A DNA stretch of 64,000 bases from the human T2T-CHM13v2.0 reference genome, Homo sapiens, in assembly GCF_009914755.1 (NCBI RefSeq), contig NC_060926.1; one strand, written 5' to 3'. A program made the position numbers and the translations under genes. This document shows, in pieces, positions 1 through 17,066 of the stretch (positions are counted from its first letter, which is position 1; each line of letters begins with the position of its first letter). The notes beneath the pieces are model-generated. The model did not search any database and was not told the DNA's origin. It was given only the letters and a program-made list of their open reading frames with translations.

Positions 1-236
<236 letters not shown>

Positions 237-1394
237 CTAAATGGTTCTGTTTTAAAGAGACATGTGGAGCTAAGAGTTCCTCCACTTGATAGAGTGTAAG
301 ATCATAAATGTCAAGAAAGTAATGTTATTATCCTGTTGTTACTATTAACTTACTGTCTGTTGAAAATGCTTTTTTCATTTGTTCAATAAATACAACGAAC
401 TTTAGAAGTGCTCCATTTTCTCCACATTTCTGTTTGTGCTTAACTTTTTGATTTACCACCTAAAGGGGGAGAAGAATGAACGTTTCTTGAACATCTGTGT
501 ACCAAGTATGCGCTATGGTAGGCAGCTTACCTACATTTACTCAGTTAATTCTCAAGGCAGCCCTGTGAAATAGATATTATTATAGCTATTTTATGGATGA
601 GGAAACTGCTACAAAAAAGTTAACCAACATGCCTAAGGTCCTAGTACTTTAGGGTAGAACTAGGATTTGTACCCTACCTGATCCAAAACACCTCTTTCAT
701 GATGTCAAAGTTGACCTGCATGACCAGGACTGACTGCTGGAGATGATTCATATCACCATCAACAATATTCTGAGCTCCTACCATACCCTACCAGATATTT
801 CTTTGCCTTCCTTATGAGTTAAAGCCCACCGTCATTGAAAATACTGTTACCTCCTTTCCCATGATATCATCCAAGAGTATTTTTTTTAAAAAAAACCTTC
901 TTTCCTTTCAGATAAATTCTCAGTTATGCTTAGTTGTTACTCTATTTATTCTTTAATTTCTTAAGAAAACAAGAACTGAGTTTCCTTGCCTCTCATAATA
1001 ACCAGAGAGAATATGACCCATTTTCTTCTTTCACAGAATTCAAAGAGTTATTGGATCAAGATTCACATACATGTTTCTTTTCAAGCAAATCTCATTTTAA
1101 TCAAAGGTGTTAGAATAAATCGAAGCTTGCAGAAGCACTTGTAAACTTAATTAACAGCTTGCTTTCTTGTCATTTATCAAGCTTCAGCATATGCTATATA
1201 TAAAGAAGACACTCTTTTTCTTAGATAAATGGGGCCAGGGTTGTCTTAAGTTGTCCAAAGTGAAGTACACTAGTAAATGAGGTCTGTAGATTTTCAGGAG
1301 GCTTGTTTCTCAAACAAAAGAAAAATTCAAGGTCCAATGGTGCCACTTACAGTAATTTCCAGCAAATTGAATTAACTTTTCATGCATTATTTAG

Positions 1395-1559
1395 TTGCAG
1401 GCCCTAGCCTCCGAACTCAAAACTGGTTTCACAGAAGCAATGCAAGAACTGTCAAGAATTCAACATGGAGAATATGCTTTGGAAGAAAAGGTTAAGAGCT
1501 GCAGATGTTCCATGGAAGAAAAAGTTACTGAGATGAAGAATTCATTAAACTATTTCAAG
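1395..1559 (+). CDS. ARHGEF33: ARHGEF33 internal coding exon (LQALASELK...NYFK), N-terminal coiled-coil region
   Basis: ttag|TTG acceptor, AAG|gtaggc donor, 165 nt, phase 0-0; peptide recognised as the ARHGEF33 N-terminus; joins the next exon in frame. Confidence 0.93.
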
Positions 1560-1636
1560 GTAGGCCTCTCTTTAATTTCCCTGCTGACAAGAGAATTTTG
1601 GTCTCAGTAACAGCAATAGAAAACTTGCCTTTTTCT

Positions 1637-1935
1637 GGCTGGGCGTGGTGGCTCACGCCTGTAATCCCAGCACTTTGGGAGGCCGAGGCAGGTAGATCAC
1701 AAGGTCAGGAGTTCAAGACCACCCTGGCCAATATGGTGAAACCCCGTCTCTACTAAAAATATAAAAATTAGCCGGGTGTGGTGGCAGGCGCCTGTAGTCC
1801 CAGCTACTCGGGAGACTGAGGCAGGAGAATCGCTTGAGCCAGGAAGTGGAGGTTGTAGTGTGCTGAGATCACGCCACTGCACTCCAGCCTGGGCGACAGA
1901 GCAAGACTCTGTCTTAAAAAAAAAAAAGAAAGAAA
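1637..1935 (+). mobile_element. Alu (AluS-like), full length
   Basis: GGCTGGGCGTGGTGGCTCACGCC start, A tail, degenerate TSD aaaact(t)gc.tttttc. Confidence 0.92.
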
Positions 1936-2196
1936 ACTGCGTTTTTCCATAGCAGCCAAATATAAGAATTTTTCCTCTGGGCCATCCATAGTTATCATGG
2001 AAAAATATCTTTCATGTTTTCTTTTTTGGAGCTCTGTGTTAAAATTTGAGGCCACGATGGAAGTAAATTTTTTAATCTCTCATTCATTCATTCATTCATT
2101 CAATAAATATGTATTAAAAGTGTACAGTGTGCTAGATTATGTTATATACTTTTACCCCATGTACCACGTTAAAACATAGCAATTCTTATTTTTTAG

Positions 2197-2318
2197 GAAG
2201 AGCTGAGCAATGCCATGTCGATGATCCAAGCCATCACTTCCAAACAAGAAGAAATGCAACAGAAAATCGAGCAGCTTCAACAGGAGAAGCGAAGAGAATC
2301 TCGAAAAGTTAAAGCCAA
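2197..2318 (+). CDS. ARHGEF33: ARHGEF33 coding exon (EELSNAMSMIQ...RKVKAK)
   Basis: ttttag|GAA acceptor, AA|gtgagt donor, 122 nt; heptad-like coiled-coil sequence. Confidence 0.93.
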
Positions 2319-2814
2319 GTGAGTGTCTTTTAAAAATGTACCAAAGGCAAACCCATAAGCAATGGCTTCTGCAGAGGCACCTGGTACACATTCCCCACTA
2401 TCAGTGTATAGCTAGCTGGCCACTGTGCTCCACAGCTTGGCATGCGATGGAGGTTATAGAATTATAAAATTGGTTAATACCAAAGATGGATGGTACCTAT
2501 TACATAGAAAAATCCATTTAATACGATATGTAAAATGAAAGTGACATAAAATGGCATGAATGCTTTGATTACAAGTGTAAAAATATGTAAAATAACAACT
2601 AGAAAGATTTACTTAAAAATAATGATAGTTGTGTTAAGATAGTGGCACCATCAGTGATTTTCTTTTTTTATTAACTTTCTAAAATGTCTCTAATGCGATT
2701 ATTATTTTAATTCTAGGGTTGAAAATAAATTTATGTTAAACGATGTCTGGACTAGGTTGAATCAAGTAAAGTTTCACCATTAAACATATATAATCTTTAT
2801 TGCTACTTATTTGG

Positions 2815-3161
<347 letters not shown>

Positions 3162-3596
3162 TGAAAATAGAAATGTAGGAATAATATGTGTGTGACCCTG
3201 GAGAACAGGTTGTTTTCAGGAGAGGACCTGCTGCTTCCTGATACTTTTGAGTTGCATTGCTAAGCGAATATAAATCATTTCAAGCAAATTGTCACCACTG
3301 CAAACTCTAAAGATCCCGATGATAAGGAAGCCAGCAACAAAAAAATAAGAATGTGGATGTTATAATTAGAAGGGTGATTTGTAAATATTTGAAGTTTTTT
3401 CTCCAGCTGAGGTAATGAATTAAGTTGAACCATATGAATTGCTAGTATTTGACCACTTTTAATTTTCAAAAATAGCAATTTATATAGTTCAACCTAATAA
3501 TTCAGACATTTTCTTGAGTTGTTCTGAACTGAATCTCCTCATAACCTATCAGATATTAAGAACCAGAATAGCCTTGTCTTTGTTTCTCTTTCCTAG

Positions 3597-3739
3597 GAAA
3601 ACTCAAAAAGAAGAGCACAGCTCACAGGCCGGGCCTGCCCAAGCACAAGGAAGTCCTTTTCGTTCTATCAATATCCCTGAGCCTGTTCTTCCAAGCGAAG
3701 ACTTTACCAACCTTTTGCCTTCTCAGGCCTACGAGAAAG
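3597..3739 (+). CDS. ARHGEF33: ARHGEF33 coding exon (KTQKEEHSS...QAYEK)
   Basis: tcctag|G acceptor, G|gtacag donor, 143 nt, phase 2-1 consistent. Confidence 0.93.
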
Positions 3740-4569
3740 GTACAGTTCACAAATCATACTGAATTAATCAAGTATTTTTTTCCCAATTCCCCCAATTAAG
3801 AATGGGCTTAAACCCTCCATCTTTGTTAGAAGAAAATGGTGTATTGCCTAGAATTTTTCTGCTTGTAACTGGAATTCAGAAGAATCCAGAGGATCTAAGA
3901 GACCACAAGAGTGCCCAGTTTTAAATATTTTTTTTTTGGTGTGTGGTCGGGGGAATACTAATCTGGATACTTCTAAATTTCAATTGAATTAAAAATAATT
4001 TATTGTACAATCATTACTATGCTAACCCATAAGACAGAAATGTTAGAAAAAAATCACTTACTCTAACAAGTCATTTTATTGGCAGTCTAACTCAGCACCT
4101 GTCTTTCTCTGGAAAACCAGAGCTGATGCTGCCTGTGGGCTGAAACAGTTACCAATCTCATTCCTGACCTTAGGGATGTTAGAACAGATATTAAAAAATG
4201 GTACCGAAGAAACTGGCTTTCCAGTGGAAGTCAGAGTTTTGGTTATTAACTTACATTCAACTCAGGAAAAGTAAAAACAAAAAAAATTTGCCATGTCTTT
4301 GTATCCTCAACCATGTCTAGCAAAGCACCTATACACAGAAAAATAAATGTAGATATTAACGTTGTTTAGATGACATTTCCTCTTATTTATGGTCTCACGT
4401 AGAAAGTCCTCAAAAGAAAGACTCAATGATTTCTCAACTGTCAGTGTGTCAAAGACAGGGTTGGTGGTTTTCTATGCTTAAGATGAATGGAACAATTAGG
4501 TTTATATACTCATAGACAATGTGTATTCTGAATAACTGAATCTAAAAATCTAAATCAAGTGGCTTTTAA

Positions 4570-4913
<344 letters not shown>

Positions 4914-5529
4914 TTGCCTTTTTATTTTTATTTTTTTTTACCTATTTGCGTAATTCATTGAGAGACTGATAGGTGCAGCCTGGGAAAACTCACTTGGTCC
5001 ATCTGGGGACCGGGTTCATTGCAGGTGGCTCTATTTTCTTTCCTCTAAGACATGAACAGCTCTACATAAAAGGATGATCCTCTCTGGGAAAGAGTATAGT
5101 ATAGGATAGGCTTAGAATGTAAAAGTCAGTTCAATGGCAGGTCTGGAGCAGCTAAACATGTTCATAAGATAAAAGGTTAAAAATTATCTTTACAAAGTAA
5201 ATTTGTGCATGTTTAGACAATGTGTAACAGCCCCCAGGGACTTAAATAATCACAGAATGTGTGGACTCCACTGAAAACAGCTGATCCAGATGATTTCAGT
5301 GCCTACATGGATTTCAATGAACTATTTAGTGGCAATTCCTCCTTCCTTTCCTCCTGTATAGACGTGGTCATAGTTTATTCTACTGAGTTGCTGCAGAAAT
5401 TTAAGAATAATGTGCCATGATAAGACATTCTGCACATACTTGGTGGCAGCTTGTGTTAAAACTCAGGGCTCAAGAACCAAACACTCAGAAAGTCTTGGCT
5501 TATCCACTGTTGATAAAATGGTACAACTG

Positions 5530-6330
<801 letters not shown>

Positions 6331-6904
6331 CAAATGGCTGATGGCCCCATCTGAGAAGGCAGCCAATTTATGTGAGCCATGATGCAACATCATTTATGTG
6401 CCTGATAATTGTAGAACTTGTCAGTTTGAAAATGTCATTTTACAGGCCCAAGTATACCTTACCTTTAGGTTCCTTTCCCCACTCAAGAAACTCTCAAGAT
6501 GTTTAGCCTCCCTACTCCTGACATATTCTTGCTTGAGAAAATTGAAAACTAATTTTTTTGAAAGATGTGGTTTTATTATCCGTCTCTTCTTTCTTACTTT
6601 GTATTTATTCTACCCACTCAATATTGGCTTTCATCCTTACCACTCCTGATAGTTTTTGGTACCCTTGATACCCACCTTCTTGAAACATTCTCTTCTTTTG
6701 GCTGACACTGTGCTTCTTTGATTTTACACCTACTTTCTGGATGCTCCTTCTTAGATTCTCTTTGATTCCTCATCACCCTCAGAATAAAGTCCAAGTTCCT
6801 TAACACAGTTTACATGGCCGTGTTTTAACTTGCCTCTGCTTTTCTCTTCAGACTTATATTTTGTTACCCTCGACTTCTCCCTCTGCATTCAAGCCACCCT
6901 GACA

Positions 6905-7209
6905 TTTTCCCTCCCTCCATCCCTCCCCCTTCTCTCCCTCCCTCCCCCTTTTCTCTCTTCCTCCCGCTTCTCTCCCTCCCTCCATCCCTCCCCCTTCTCT
7001 CCCTCCCTCCCCCTTCTCTCCCTCCCTCCCCCTTTTCTCCCTTCCTCCCGCTTCTCTCCCTCCCTCCCCCCTCTCTCCCGCTTCTCTCCCTCCCTCCCCC
7101 CTCTCTCCCGCTTCTCTCCCTCCCTCCCCCCTCTCTCCCGCTTCTCTCCCTCCCTCCCCCCTCTCTCCCGCTTCTCTCCCTCCCTCCCCCCTCTCTCCCT
7201 CCCTCCATC

Positions 7210-7210
<1 letters not shown>
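6905..7210. repeat. Polypyrimidine minisatellite; five near-perfect 30-bp units at 7051-7200 plus degenerate units
   Basis: cttctctccctccctcccccctctctcccg repeated with period 30. Confidence 0.95.
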
Positions 7211-7942
<732 letters not shown>

Positions 7943-8291
7943 TAACAGTACCATTCTGTCTCTTTTTATTATTACCATCATACCACTGCCACCACCATTA
8001 TAGTTAAACAACTATTTAACTCTTACAATATGCCAGGTAGAACTTCAAGCAGTTTACAAATACTAACTTATTTATTTCTTATTGTAATCCTTGAGGTAAG
8101 TACCACTATTATATCTTTTTACAGCTGAGAAAATAGCACTTGCCACACTATACTGTAATTTCTTTTTTTACTGCTCTGCCTCCCCCATGAAACTACAATC
8201 TCTGAGTCTGCCCCCAGTGCCAGGCTCGTGGAAGGTGCTTAGTCCATGTTAGTGGAATGAACGCTGAATGAATGCTTTCCTTTCTCTGCAG

Positions 8292-8351
8292 CCCAAGAGT
8301 CCAGATCTGTTCATGTAGGAGACAGTAATGTAAAAGGAATGATGGGTCCTG
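8292..8351 (+). CDS. ARHGEF33: ARHGEF33 coding exon (AQESRSVHVGDSNVKGMMGP)
   Basis: ctgcag|CC acceptor, G|gtaagt donor, 60 nt, phase 1-1. Confidence 0.9.
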
Positions 8352-9203
8352 GTAAGTGACTCTTCTCTTAGTTTTCTTTTCTTCCAGCAATTCCATTATT
8401 TTCCACTTCTATCTTCCCTGCTTCCACTTCCTTAGTTTCAAACCAGGCATGAAAGAACTCACAAAAGATAAAGTTATGAAGTTACGAAGATTCCAAGATG
8501 TGTACTAGAGCAGGTCAGTGACTCATTTGAACCAAGGAGAGAGAAGGGCTAGGGAAGCTTAAGACAAAACCAGTATGTTTCATTCTTTCTGGCTTATTTC
8601 AATGACTAATAAATTCACATTTGCCAAAAACTTGCAGGTGAATGTAGCATGATGTAAGTTTTCCGTGGATCACACACTGTATAGTTTAATTCAAAAGTTA
8701 GCTACTTTTACATCTGTGTAGTGCAGGTAATAAAGGACTAAATAATAGAAAAGAAACAAAAGAAGATAAAAGAAAACAAAATTTTAAAAAGGATTTACTT
8801 AATTGACAATTCACCAGGATTTTATAAATTATTTAAGCTTCCCTCTCTCCTTCCTTTCTAGCATTAGGGTCAAGGGAAAAATGGCCAAATAAGACATTGT
8901 TTTTGGCACCCTTCCTCCTCCTCTTTCTGTTTCTCTTCCCAGGAGTGCTCCAGCATCTGGTGTGCTCACCTGAAAGGAAGCAGATATAAGGAGTCAATAC
9001 ATACTATAAATTAGCTATACTATTTGATAAATTCATTTTAAAAAGCTCCTTATATAGTAAAGACTATGTATAAAGCATAGAGGATGTATAGACCAGAAAC
9101 AGAGGGAACCCCGTGCAGCTGTGGACACTTTTAATCCTTAATTGGTATATTTAATCCTCAAGGGATAGTTGTACCCAAACAGAGGCAGATTCGTTAAGAG
9201 TTA

Positions 9204-9776
<573 letters not shown>

Positions 9777-9851
9777 GTAACAAACATATTTTTTAAAAAG
9801 ATTTTGATAGCAGTTTTCTTTGTTTCCCCGCCCCTCCCCCCACCCCACCAG

Positions 9852-10076
9852 GAGTGAACCCAACAACTCCAGAAGCAGAAGAAAACCTCAAGTCTTGCCT
9901 CTCGGCTGATATCCAGTCCAAGGGCCATCTCCCATCTGGCATGTGGAGGCAGCCTAAGGATGGTAAAGAATGGGGTGAAGAATACGTCACAAAAGACCAC
10001 CCAGATAAACTCAAGGAGGCTGGCCAGGGTAGACACAGCTCCTTGGAAAACGTTTTATGTGAAACCTCCTTAGCTG
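9852..10076 (+). CDS. ARHGEF33: ARHGEF33 coding exon (GVNPTTPEAEE...CETSLA)
   Basis: C-rich tract then ccag|GA acceptor, G|gtaagt donor, 225 nt; matches ORF 9854..10183. Confidence 0.92.
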
Positions 10077-10769
10077 GTAAGTTCCAAGGGGGAATGCAGG
10101 CTAATAGTTTAAAGAACAGGATGTACCAGAGCTTTGAACTCAAAGGCGAGAATCCTTGCCGTTTAGATTCAGTGGACACATGAGGCCACCTAGTTCCTGG
10201 TTTCCTTTTCAGATGAACTAAAGCCTATAGAGGTAAAGGGACTCATTAGAGGTCACAGGGCCAGTGACTACCACCTTGATTCTGCATGTTCAAGACACTT
10301 AGTAATGGAGTGCTGTGGGCGGGAGGGGGAAGGCATAAGGTTGGTGGAGAAGGCAGAACTATTTAGCCAGTGATGTGGTATCTTCTAGAAACAAGCCTTT
10401 CATCAACAGTCTACCACCAAAATATCACATACTGCAACACAGCCTGTCCTCCCTCCTTTTTCCCTCCCTCCTTCCCTTCATATCACAAAGTATTGCTGAA
10501 CAATTACTGTGTCAGACAATGGCATTTCCCCCTGGCTATTTGGGGGGAGGTAATTTTTAAAAATTATTTTGAATTTTTAAAGTCAAATACATGAAAAAAA
10601 GTATTAAAAGGTTTGTTATGAAGAAGAGCGCCAACAACTTTAAACTCTTTTGACCGTTTTTTCTGGTACTTGCTTCCATGTTTTCTTTTCGGGGGCATGG
10701 GGGAGGGAGAATGGCAGGCTCAGGCTGGGTACGCAGTCTTCCCCTGCTTCTATGTTTTTAAAAGATGTT

Positions 10770-11066
10770 TAGCCAGGCATGGTGGTTCACACTTGTAATC
10801 CCAGCACTTTGGGAGGACAGGTGGGAGGATCCATTGGGCCCAGGAGTTGGAACCAGCCTGGGCAACATAGTGAGACCCCTGTCTCTACAAAAAATAAAAA
10901 AACAAAGTAGCTGGGCCTCCTGGCATGTGCCTCTGGTCTCCGCTACATGGGAGTCCAAGGTAGGAGGATCACTTGAGCTCAGGAGGTCGAGGCTGCATTG
11001 AGCTATGATAGTGCCATTGCACTCCAGCCTAGGCAACAGAACAAGACCCTAACTCAAAAAAATAAA
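10770..11066 (+). mobile_element. Alu (AluJ-like)
   Basis: Alu consensus. Confidence 0.88.
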
Positions 11067-11079
11067 AGTTTTACACTAT

Positions 11080-12790
11080 TTTTTTTACTAATACTTTATT
11101 GAAGGTGAATTTACATAGAGTAAAATTCACAGAGCTTACATTTAAGCTAATAGACATTTTACATGTGTCTATCCCCTGTGATCACCACCCAGATCAAGAT
11201 ATACAATATTTCTGTGCATGAAAGAACCTGAGAAAGTTCTTTCATGCACTTTGCCAGTCAATATCCACCCAAAGAACCACTATTATGACTTCTATACCAC
11301 AAATTAGTTTTGTCTGTTCTTAAACTTCATGTAAATGGAATAACACAGTGTACTCTTTTGTGTCTGGCCTCTTTCTCCCAACATAATGTTTTTTAAAAAA
11401 GATTTATGCATATTTTTGCACACAATTCATTCCTTTTTATTAATCACATTGAATGAATTTATCACATTTTTAAAAATCCATTCTCCCATTGATGGACATT
11501 TTTTTTTGAGACAGAGTCTTGCTCTTTCACTGAGGCTGGAGTGCAATGTCGTGATCTTGGCTCCCTGCAACATCTGCCTCCCAGGCTCAAGTGATTCTCC
11601 TGCTTCAGCCTCCTGAGTAGCTGGGATTACAGGCGTGCACCACCACGTCTGGCTAATTTTTATATTTTTAGTAGAGACAGGGTTTTCACTGTGTTGGCCA
11701 GGCTAGTCTTCAACTCCTGATATCAAGTGATCTGCCTGCCTTGGCCTCCCAAAGTGCTGGGATTACAGGCGTAAGCCACTGTGCCTAGCTAGCTATGAAT
11801 ATTCTTGTACAAATTTTTTTTTAGTGGGGGGATGTATGCCCTCATTTCTCTTGGGTGTATACCTAGGAGTAAAATCTCTGGGTTGTAGGTTATGATTATG
11901 TTTAACTTTAAAAGAAAATGTCAAGCAGTTTTCTAAAGCAGTTGGCTAATACTCCCACTAGCAATGTTTGAGAGCCCAGTTGCTTCACATACTTTCCAAT
12001 ACTTGGGAAGGATGGTTAGTCCTTTCAATGTTAGCCATTCTCAGGGATGTGTACTGGTATCACACTGTAGTTTTAATTTGCAGTTCCCTGGTGATTATTA
12101 GTATTAAGTATGTTTTTATATGCTTATTAGCTATTCATATATTCTTCTTTTATAAGGTGCCTAAGTCCATTGCCCAACTTTTTTTGAAGCAGGGTCTTGC
12201 TCTGTTGCCCAGGCTGGAGTGCAGTGGCATAATCACAGCTCACTTCAGCCTTGATCTCCTGGGCTTACGTGATTCTTCCTCCTCAGCCTCCCAAGGAGCT
12301 AGGACTACAGGTGTGCACCACTGCACCCAGCTGTCAATTTTAAACTCTTAAAATAGCTCGTGACTTTCTTGTCTTTCTGAGAAACCTTTGCTATCTCACA
12401 GTTGTGAAGGTACTCTGGTATGCTTTCTTCTAAAATCTTTATAGTTTTAGCTTTCACATTTAGGTCTATGACTTATGGTGAATAAATTTTGATGTACAGT
12501 GTGAGAAAGGGCTCCAGGTTCATTTTTTTTCCAGATGGCTATCCAGTTGTTTCAGCATCATTAATTGAAAATACCTTCTGTTTCCCATTGTTGTATGTAG
12601 AAAGTCAAGTGGTCTTATATGGGTATCTAATTTTAGACTCTCCTTTTAAAAATTCCAATTATCAGGTAATTGACATCTTGACAGTATTGAGTCTTCCATT
12701 TAAAGAACATGGTATATCTCTTCATTTATATAGATCTTGAATTTTTCTTAGCAATATAACAGAAACTTTACTATTTACATCATCAATGTT
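11080..12790 (-). mobile_element. Old L1 (L1M-type) 3' region interrupted by Alus at about 11499-11790 and 12179-12332
   Basis: L1 3' motifs (tttattgaaggtgaatttacatagagtaaaatt..., cattgatggacattt, tatacctaggagt). Confidence 0.7.
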
Positions 12791-13176
12791 TTTAGTTTTT
12801 AATTTATTTTTATCCATTTAGTTTTTCAGAGGTGGGGGTTTCCCTTTGTTGCCCAAGCTGGCCTCAACATCCTGGGCTCAAGTGATCCACCTGCCTCAGC
12901 CTCCCAGGTAGTTGGCACTACAGGCACAAGCCACTATGCCCAGCCATCTTTTTTTTTTTTTTTAAAGAGCATTTGCCTCCGTCATCCTATTCTGCTTTGG
13001 CCCAATGTACTCCCATCATCCTGGGACTTTCCAGTCTTCTTAAGAATTCCCTTTATATTTCTCCTCTGTTCGATTCCTGTTTGTTGCTGTTGTTGATTTT
13101 TTTCATCTTCTGTATCCTTGGTTTCTTGGTTTACTCCTGGTTTTGGTGGAACACATCATCCAGTAGTTTCCACATA

Positions 13177-13913
13177 TGTAATCACTTGGCGGGTCCTTCT
13201 TGCCGGCTTGCTGTGCAGGTGGAGCTGATTTACTGCAACTGCTGTATTGCAATTGAGAAAAAGTTGAATAAACGTACAGCAAGCTATTGCAGCAGACCAG
13301 AGTTTATTACTCAAATCAATCTCCCTGAAAATTCAGAGACTGGACTTTTTTTAAGGATAATTTGGTGGGCAGGGGGTTATGCAGATGAAATCACAGGGAT
13401 GTGGTCCTCATATGCTGAGTCAGCCTCTGGGTGAGGGCCACAGGACTAGTTGAGTCATGGGTGTAGGTCCAGGTGGAGTCAGTCAGCTTCCAGAAATGCA
13501 AAAGTCTGGAAAAATGTCTCAAAAGACCAATCTTAGGTTCTACAGTAGTGATGTTATCTATAGGAATAACCAGGGAAGTTACAAATCTTGCCACCTCCAG
13601 AACAATGGCTGATTATCATTTAACTATGCCTACATCTTAGTGTAATTCATAATATGAATTCATAATTCATAATCCTAAACTTTTGGCCTTTCATTAGTTT
13701 TTCAAAGCCAGTTTGGGTACCAAATTGGAGGGTGTGGGGTTAATTTGGGGAAGGGCTATTATCATCCTTGCTTTAAGTTGAACTATGAACTAAATAAATC
13801 CCAAAATCTCAGCCTATGCTCAGGAATGTACAAGGGCAGCTTGAGGTTAGATATAAGATGGAGTCAGCTATGTCAGATTTCTCTTGCGGTCATAATTTTG
13901 CAAAATGCTTTCA
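13177..13913 (-). mobile_element. ERV1 solo LTR, LTR8 family
   Basis: TG...CA ends, 4-bp TSD CATA (13173-13176 / 13914-13917); reverse strand begins TGAAAGCATTTTGCAAAATTATGAC...GACTCCATCTT, as in LTR8/8A/8B. Confidence 0.8.
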
Positions 13914-14011
13914 CATAGTTGATTAATAATTTGGCCAAATAAGACATCTTTTTTCCTCATGATTTTGAAGCAATTGTTCCACTGTCCTCTAACTTCTAAT
14001 TTTGCTATTAG

Positions 14012-14362
<351 letters not shown>

Positions 14363-14673
14363 GTTACCTGATTTTTCTATCTGGTAACTTTTAGGATCTT
14401 GTTTTTATTCGTGGTGTGCTAAACTTTCACAGTGATGTGATATGCCTTGTAATGATGTGAGTCTTTTTTATTAATTTTGCTGGGCACAAGGGTCCTTTTC
14501 TCTGGAAATACATGTCTTGGGATTTTTTTTTTTGCCTGTTATTAATTTGATAATATCTTCTCATCCATTTTCTTTCTTTTTTCTGAAACTTCTACTAATT
14601 TGATGTTGGACCTCTTGGATTGATTTCTCAACTGCCATCTTTTGCTCTTCTATTTTTCTTCAATACATCTCTC

Positions 14674-14972
14674 CTTTCTTTTTTTTTTTTTTTTTTTGAG
14701 ACAGAGTCTTGCTCTGTCACACCCAGGAGGAGTGCAGTGGCATGATCTTGACTCACTGCCACCTCTGCCTCCCGGGTTCAAACTATTCTCCTGCCTCAGC
14801 CCCCTGAGTAGCTGGACGACAGGTGCACACCACTATGCCCAGCTAACTTTTGTATTTTTAGTAGAGATGGGGTTTCACCATGTTGGCAAGTCTCGACGTC
14901 TTGACCTTCTGATCTGCCCACCTCGACCTCCCAAAGTGCTGGGATTACAGGCGTGAGCCACCACGCCCAGCC
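14674..14972 (-). mobile_element. Alu
   Basis: Reverse Alu consensus. Confidence 0.9.
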
Positions 14973-15431
14973 CCTCTTATCTTTTTTTTTTTTTTTTTTT
15001 TAAGAAAGGGAGATTTCTTTTCTTCATCTTCTACCCTTTTAATTTTTTCTATCTTTTAAGCAATGTTTAAAAGTTTCTCCTTTTTAAAAATTAGCCTCTC
15101 TTTTTAAAAATAGCATCCTGCAATTGTTAAATGACTGGAATATGTTTCTTATATTTCTTTGAGAATATGAATTGTAAGATTAAAAATTTTTATTCTTTTG
15201 TATCCTGCATTGTCTCTGTTTCTTCAGGGTCCCCCCTCCTTATAAAAAAAATACGTATATATGCTTTTTCTTCTCATTCTTTTATAGTATAAGCTTTATG
15301 CAAATGTATGAGCATCCTTAGCTAAATGTATGTAAGAAAGAGCTCTTAGAAAAACTCTGGAAATTTTGTATTGACCGAGCTTGTCAATCAGTGGGCTTCA
15401 TTATAGACAGGCTAATCAGATGGCAAATTAA

Positions 15432-15885
<454 letters not shown>

Positions 15886-16414
15886 TGAGGGAAGTCTCAC
15901 TGTTCAGTATGAAGCCTTCCCTGAGTCCCTTTGTTTTCATTTTAGCATCTGAACTCTACTATGTCTAAAGTCTTTAGCCCAGATCCCAGAAACCAGGGCT
16001 TCTCTAGTTTCATTTTTCTTGTTTGCCATGGGGAGGAAGTGAGGAAGCCATCTGGTATGGGGGTGAGGATCTGGAGGTTCAATTGCCCCATATGTATACT
16101 TTCAATGATTGCTCCTGCTTTCAGCATTGTCCCTTATTTGCACTATCTATATTGCCCCTGGTGTCTCCAATCCTTGAGCTTTCCAGATGCTTCTCAGCAG
16201 ATTTTCCAGCTGCAGATGGGGACACCAAGACTTCGTGCCCTTTGCTCTGCTGAATGAATTACTGCGCCTCCATTCTGCTTTCTACCTTTCAAAAACTTGC
16301 AGATGGTTTTTTTTTATTGCTTTCAATATCCTTTTATCACTTTTATTGCTTGCATTTAATGGGATTTTAGGAAGAAATGGTTAATATCAAGTCCTCTTTG
16401 GTTTGTTTCTAAAG

Positions 16415-16544
16415 CTAAAAGACAGACTGTGGCCCTGGAACTGCTTGAATCTGAAAGAAAATATGTCATTAACATCTCTCTGATCTTGAAGATAAAAGCC
16501 ACATTCCAGGGGTCAGATGGAAAGAGGAATTCCAAAGAGAGAAG
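16415..16544 (+). CDS. ARHGEF33: ARHGEF33 coding exon, start of DH domain (AKRQTVALELLESERKYV...NSKER)
   Basis: ctaaag|CT acceptor, AG|gtatcc donor, 130 nt; DH conserved region 1 motif ELLESERKYV. Confidence 0.92.
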
Positions 16545-16686
16545 GTATCCATGCACTCATTGCCTTTGCTTTTCAGATTGATTAGGATTTAAGGTAAGTG
16601 GTTTATTGTTTCCACTTTGGGATTTCTGGGGCCTATGAAGAGTTCCAGAAATAGTCTTTGAAAAGAGAAGAGGCAGTGATGGCAGA

Positions 16687-17066
16687 TGTCTCAGTTCACT
16701 TTGTGCTGCTATGACAGAATATCGTAGACTGGATAACTTTTAATGAACAGAAATTTATTCTCTCACAATTCTGGAGACTGGGGAGTCTAAGATCGAGGTG
16801 CTGGCAGATTGAATCTCTGGTTCCAAGATGGCACTTTGTTGTTGTGTCTTCCAGAGAGGAGGAACATTGCAGCCTTACATGGCAGAAGATCAGGAGAGAG
16901 CAGGAGAACCCACTCCCTCAGGCCCCTTTTGTAGTGGCAATAATCCATTCATAGTGCGGAGCTCTCACAACCTAAACACCCACCATAGGCTCCACCTCCC
17001 AGTACTGTTGCATTGGGGGTTAAGTTTCCAGCACATGAATTTTGGGGGACACATTTAGATCATAGC
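16687..17066 (-). mobile_element. MaLR LTR (MST/MLT1A-like)
   Basis: tgtctcagttcactttgtgctgctatgacagaata...gggggacacatttagatcatagca. Confidence 0.75.

Noticed and set aside
16577-16593. 17-nt microexon (ttttcag|ATTGATTAGGATTTAAG|gtaagt) as a coding exon
   Set aside because: Its acceptor is only 32 nt from the upstream donor, too short for an intron, and it gives an immediate stop if joined to the previous exon
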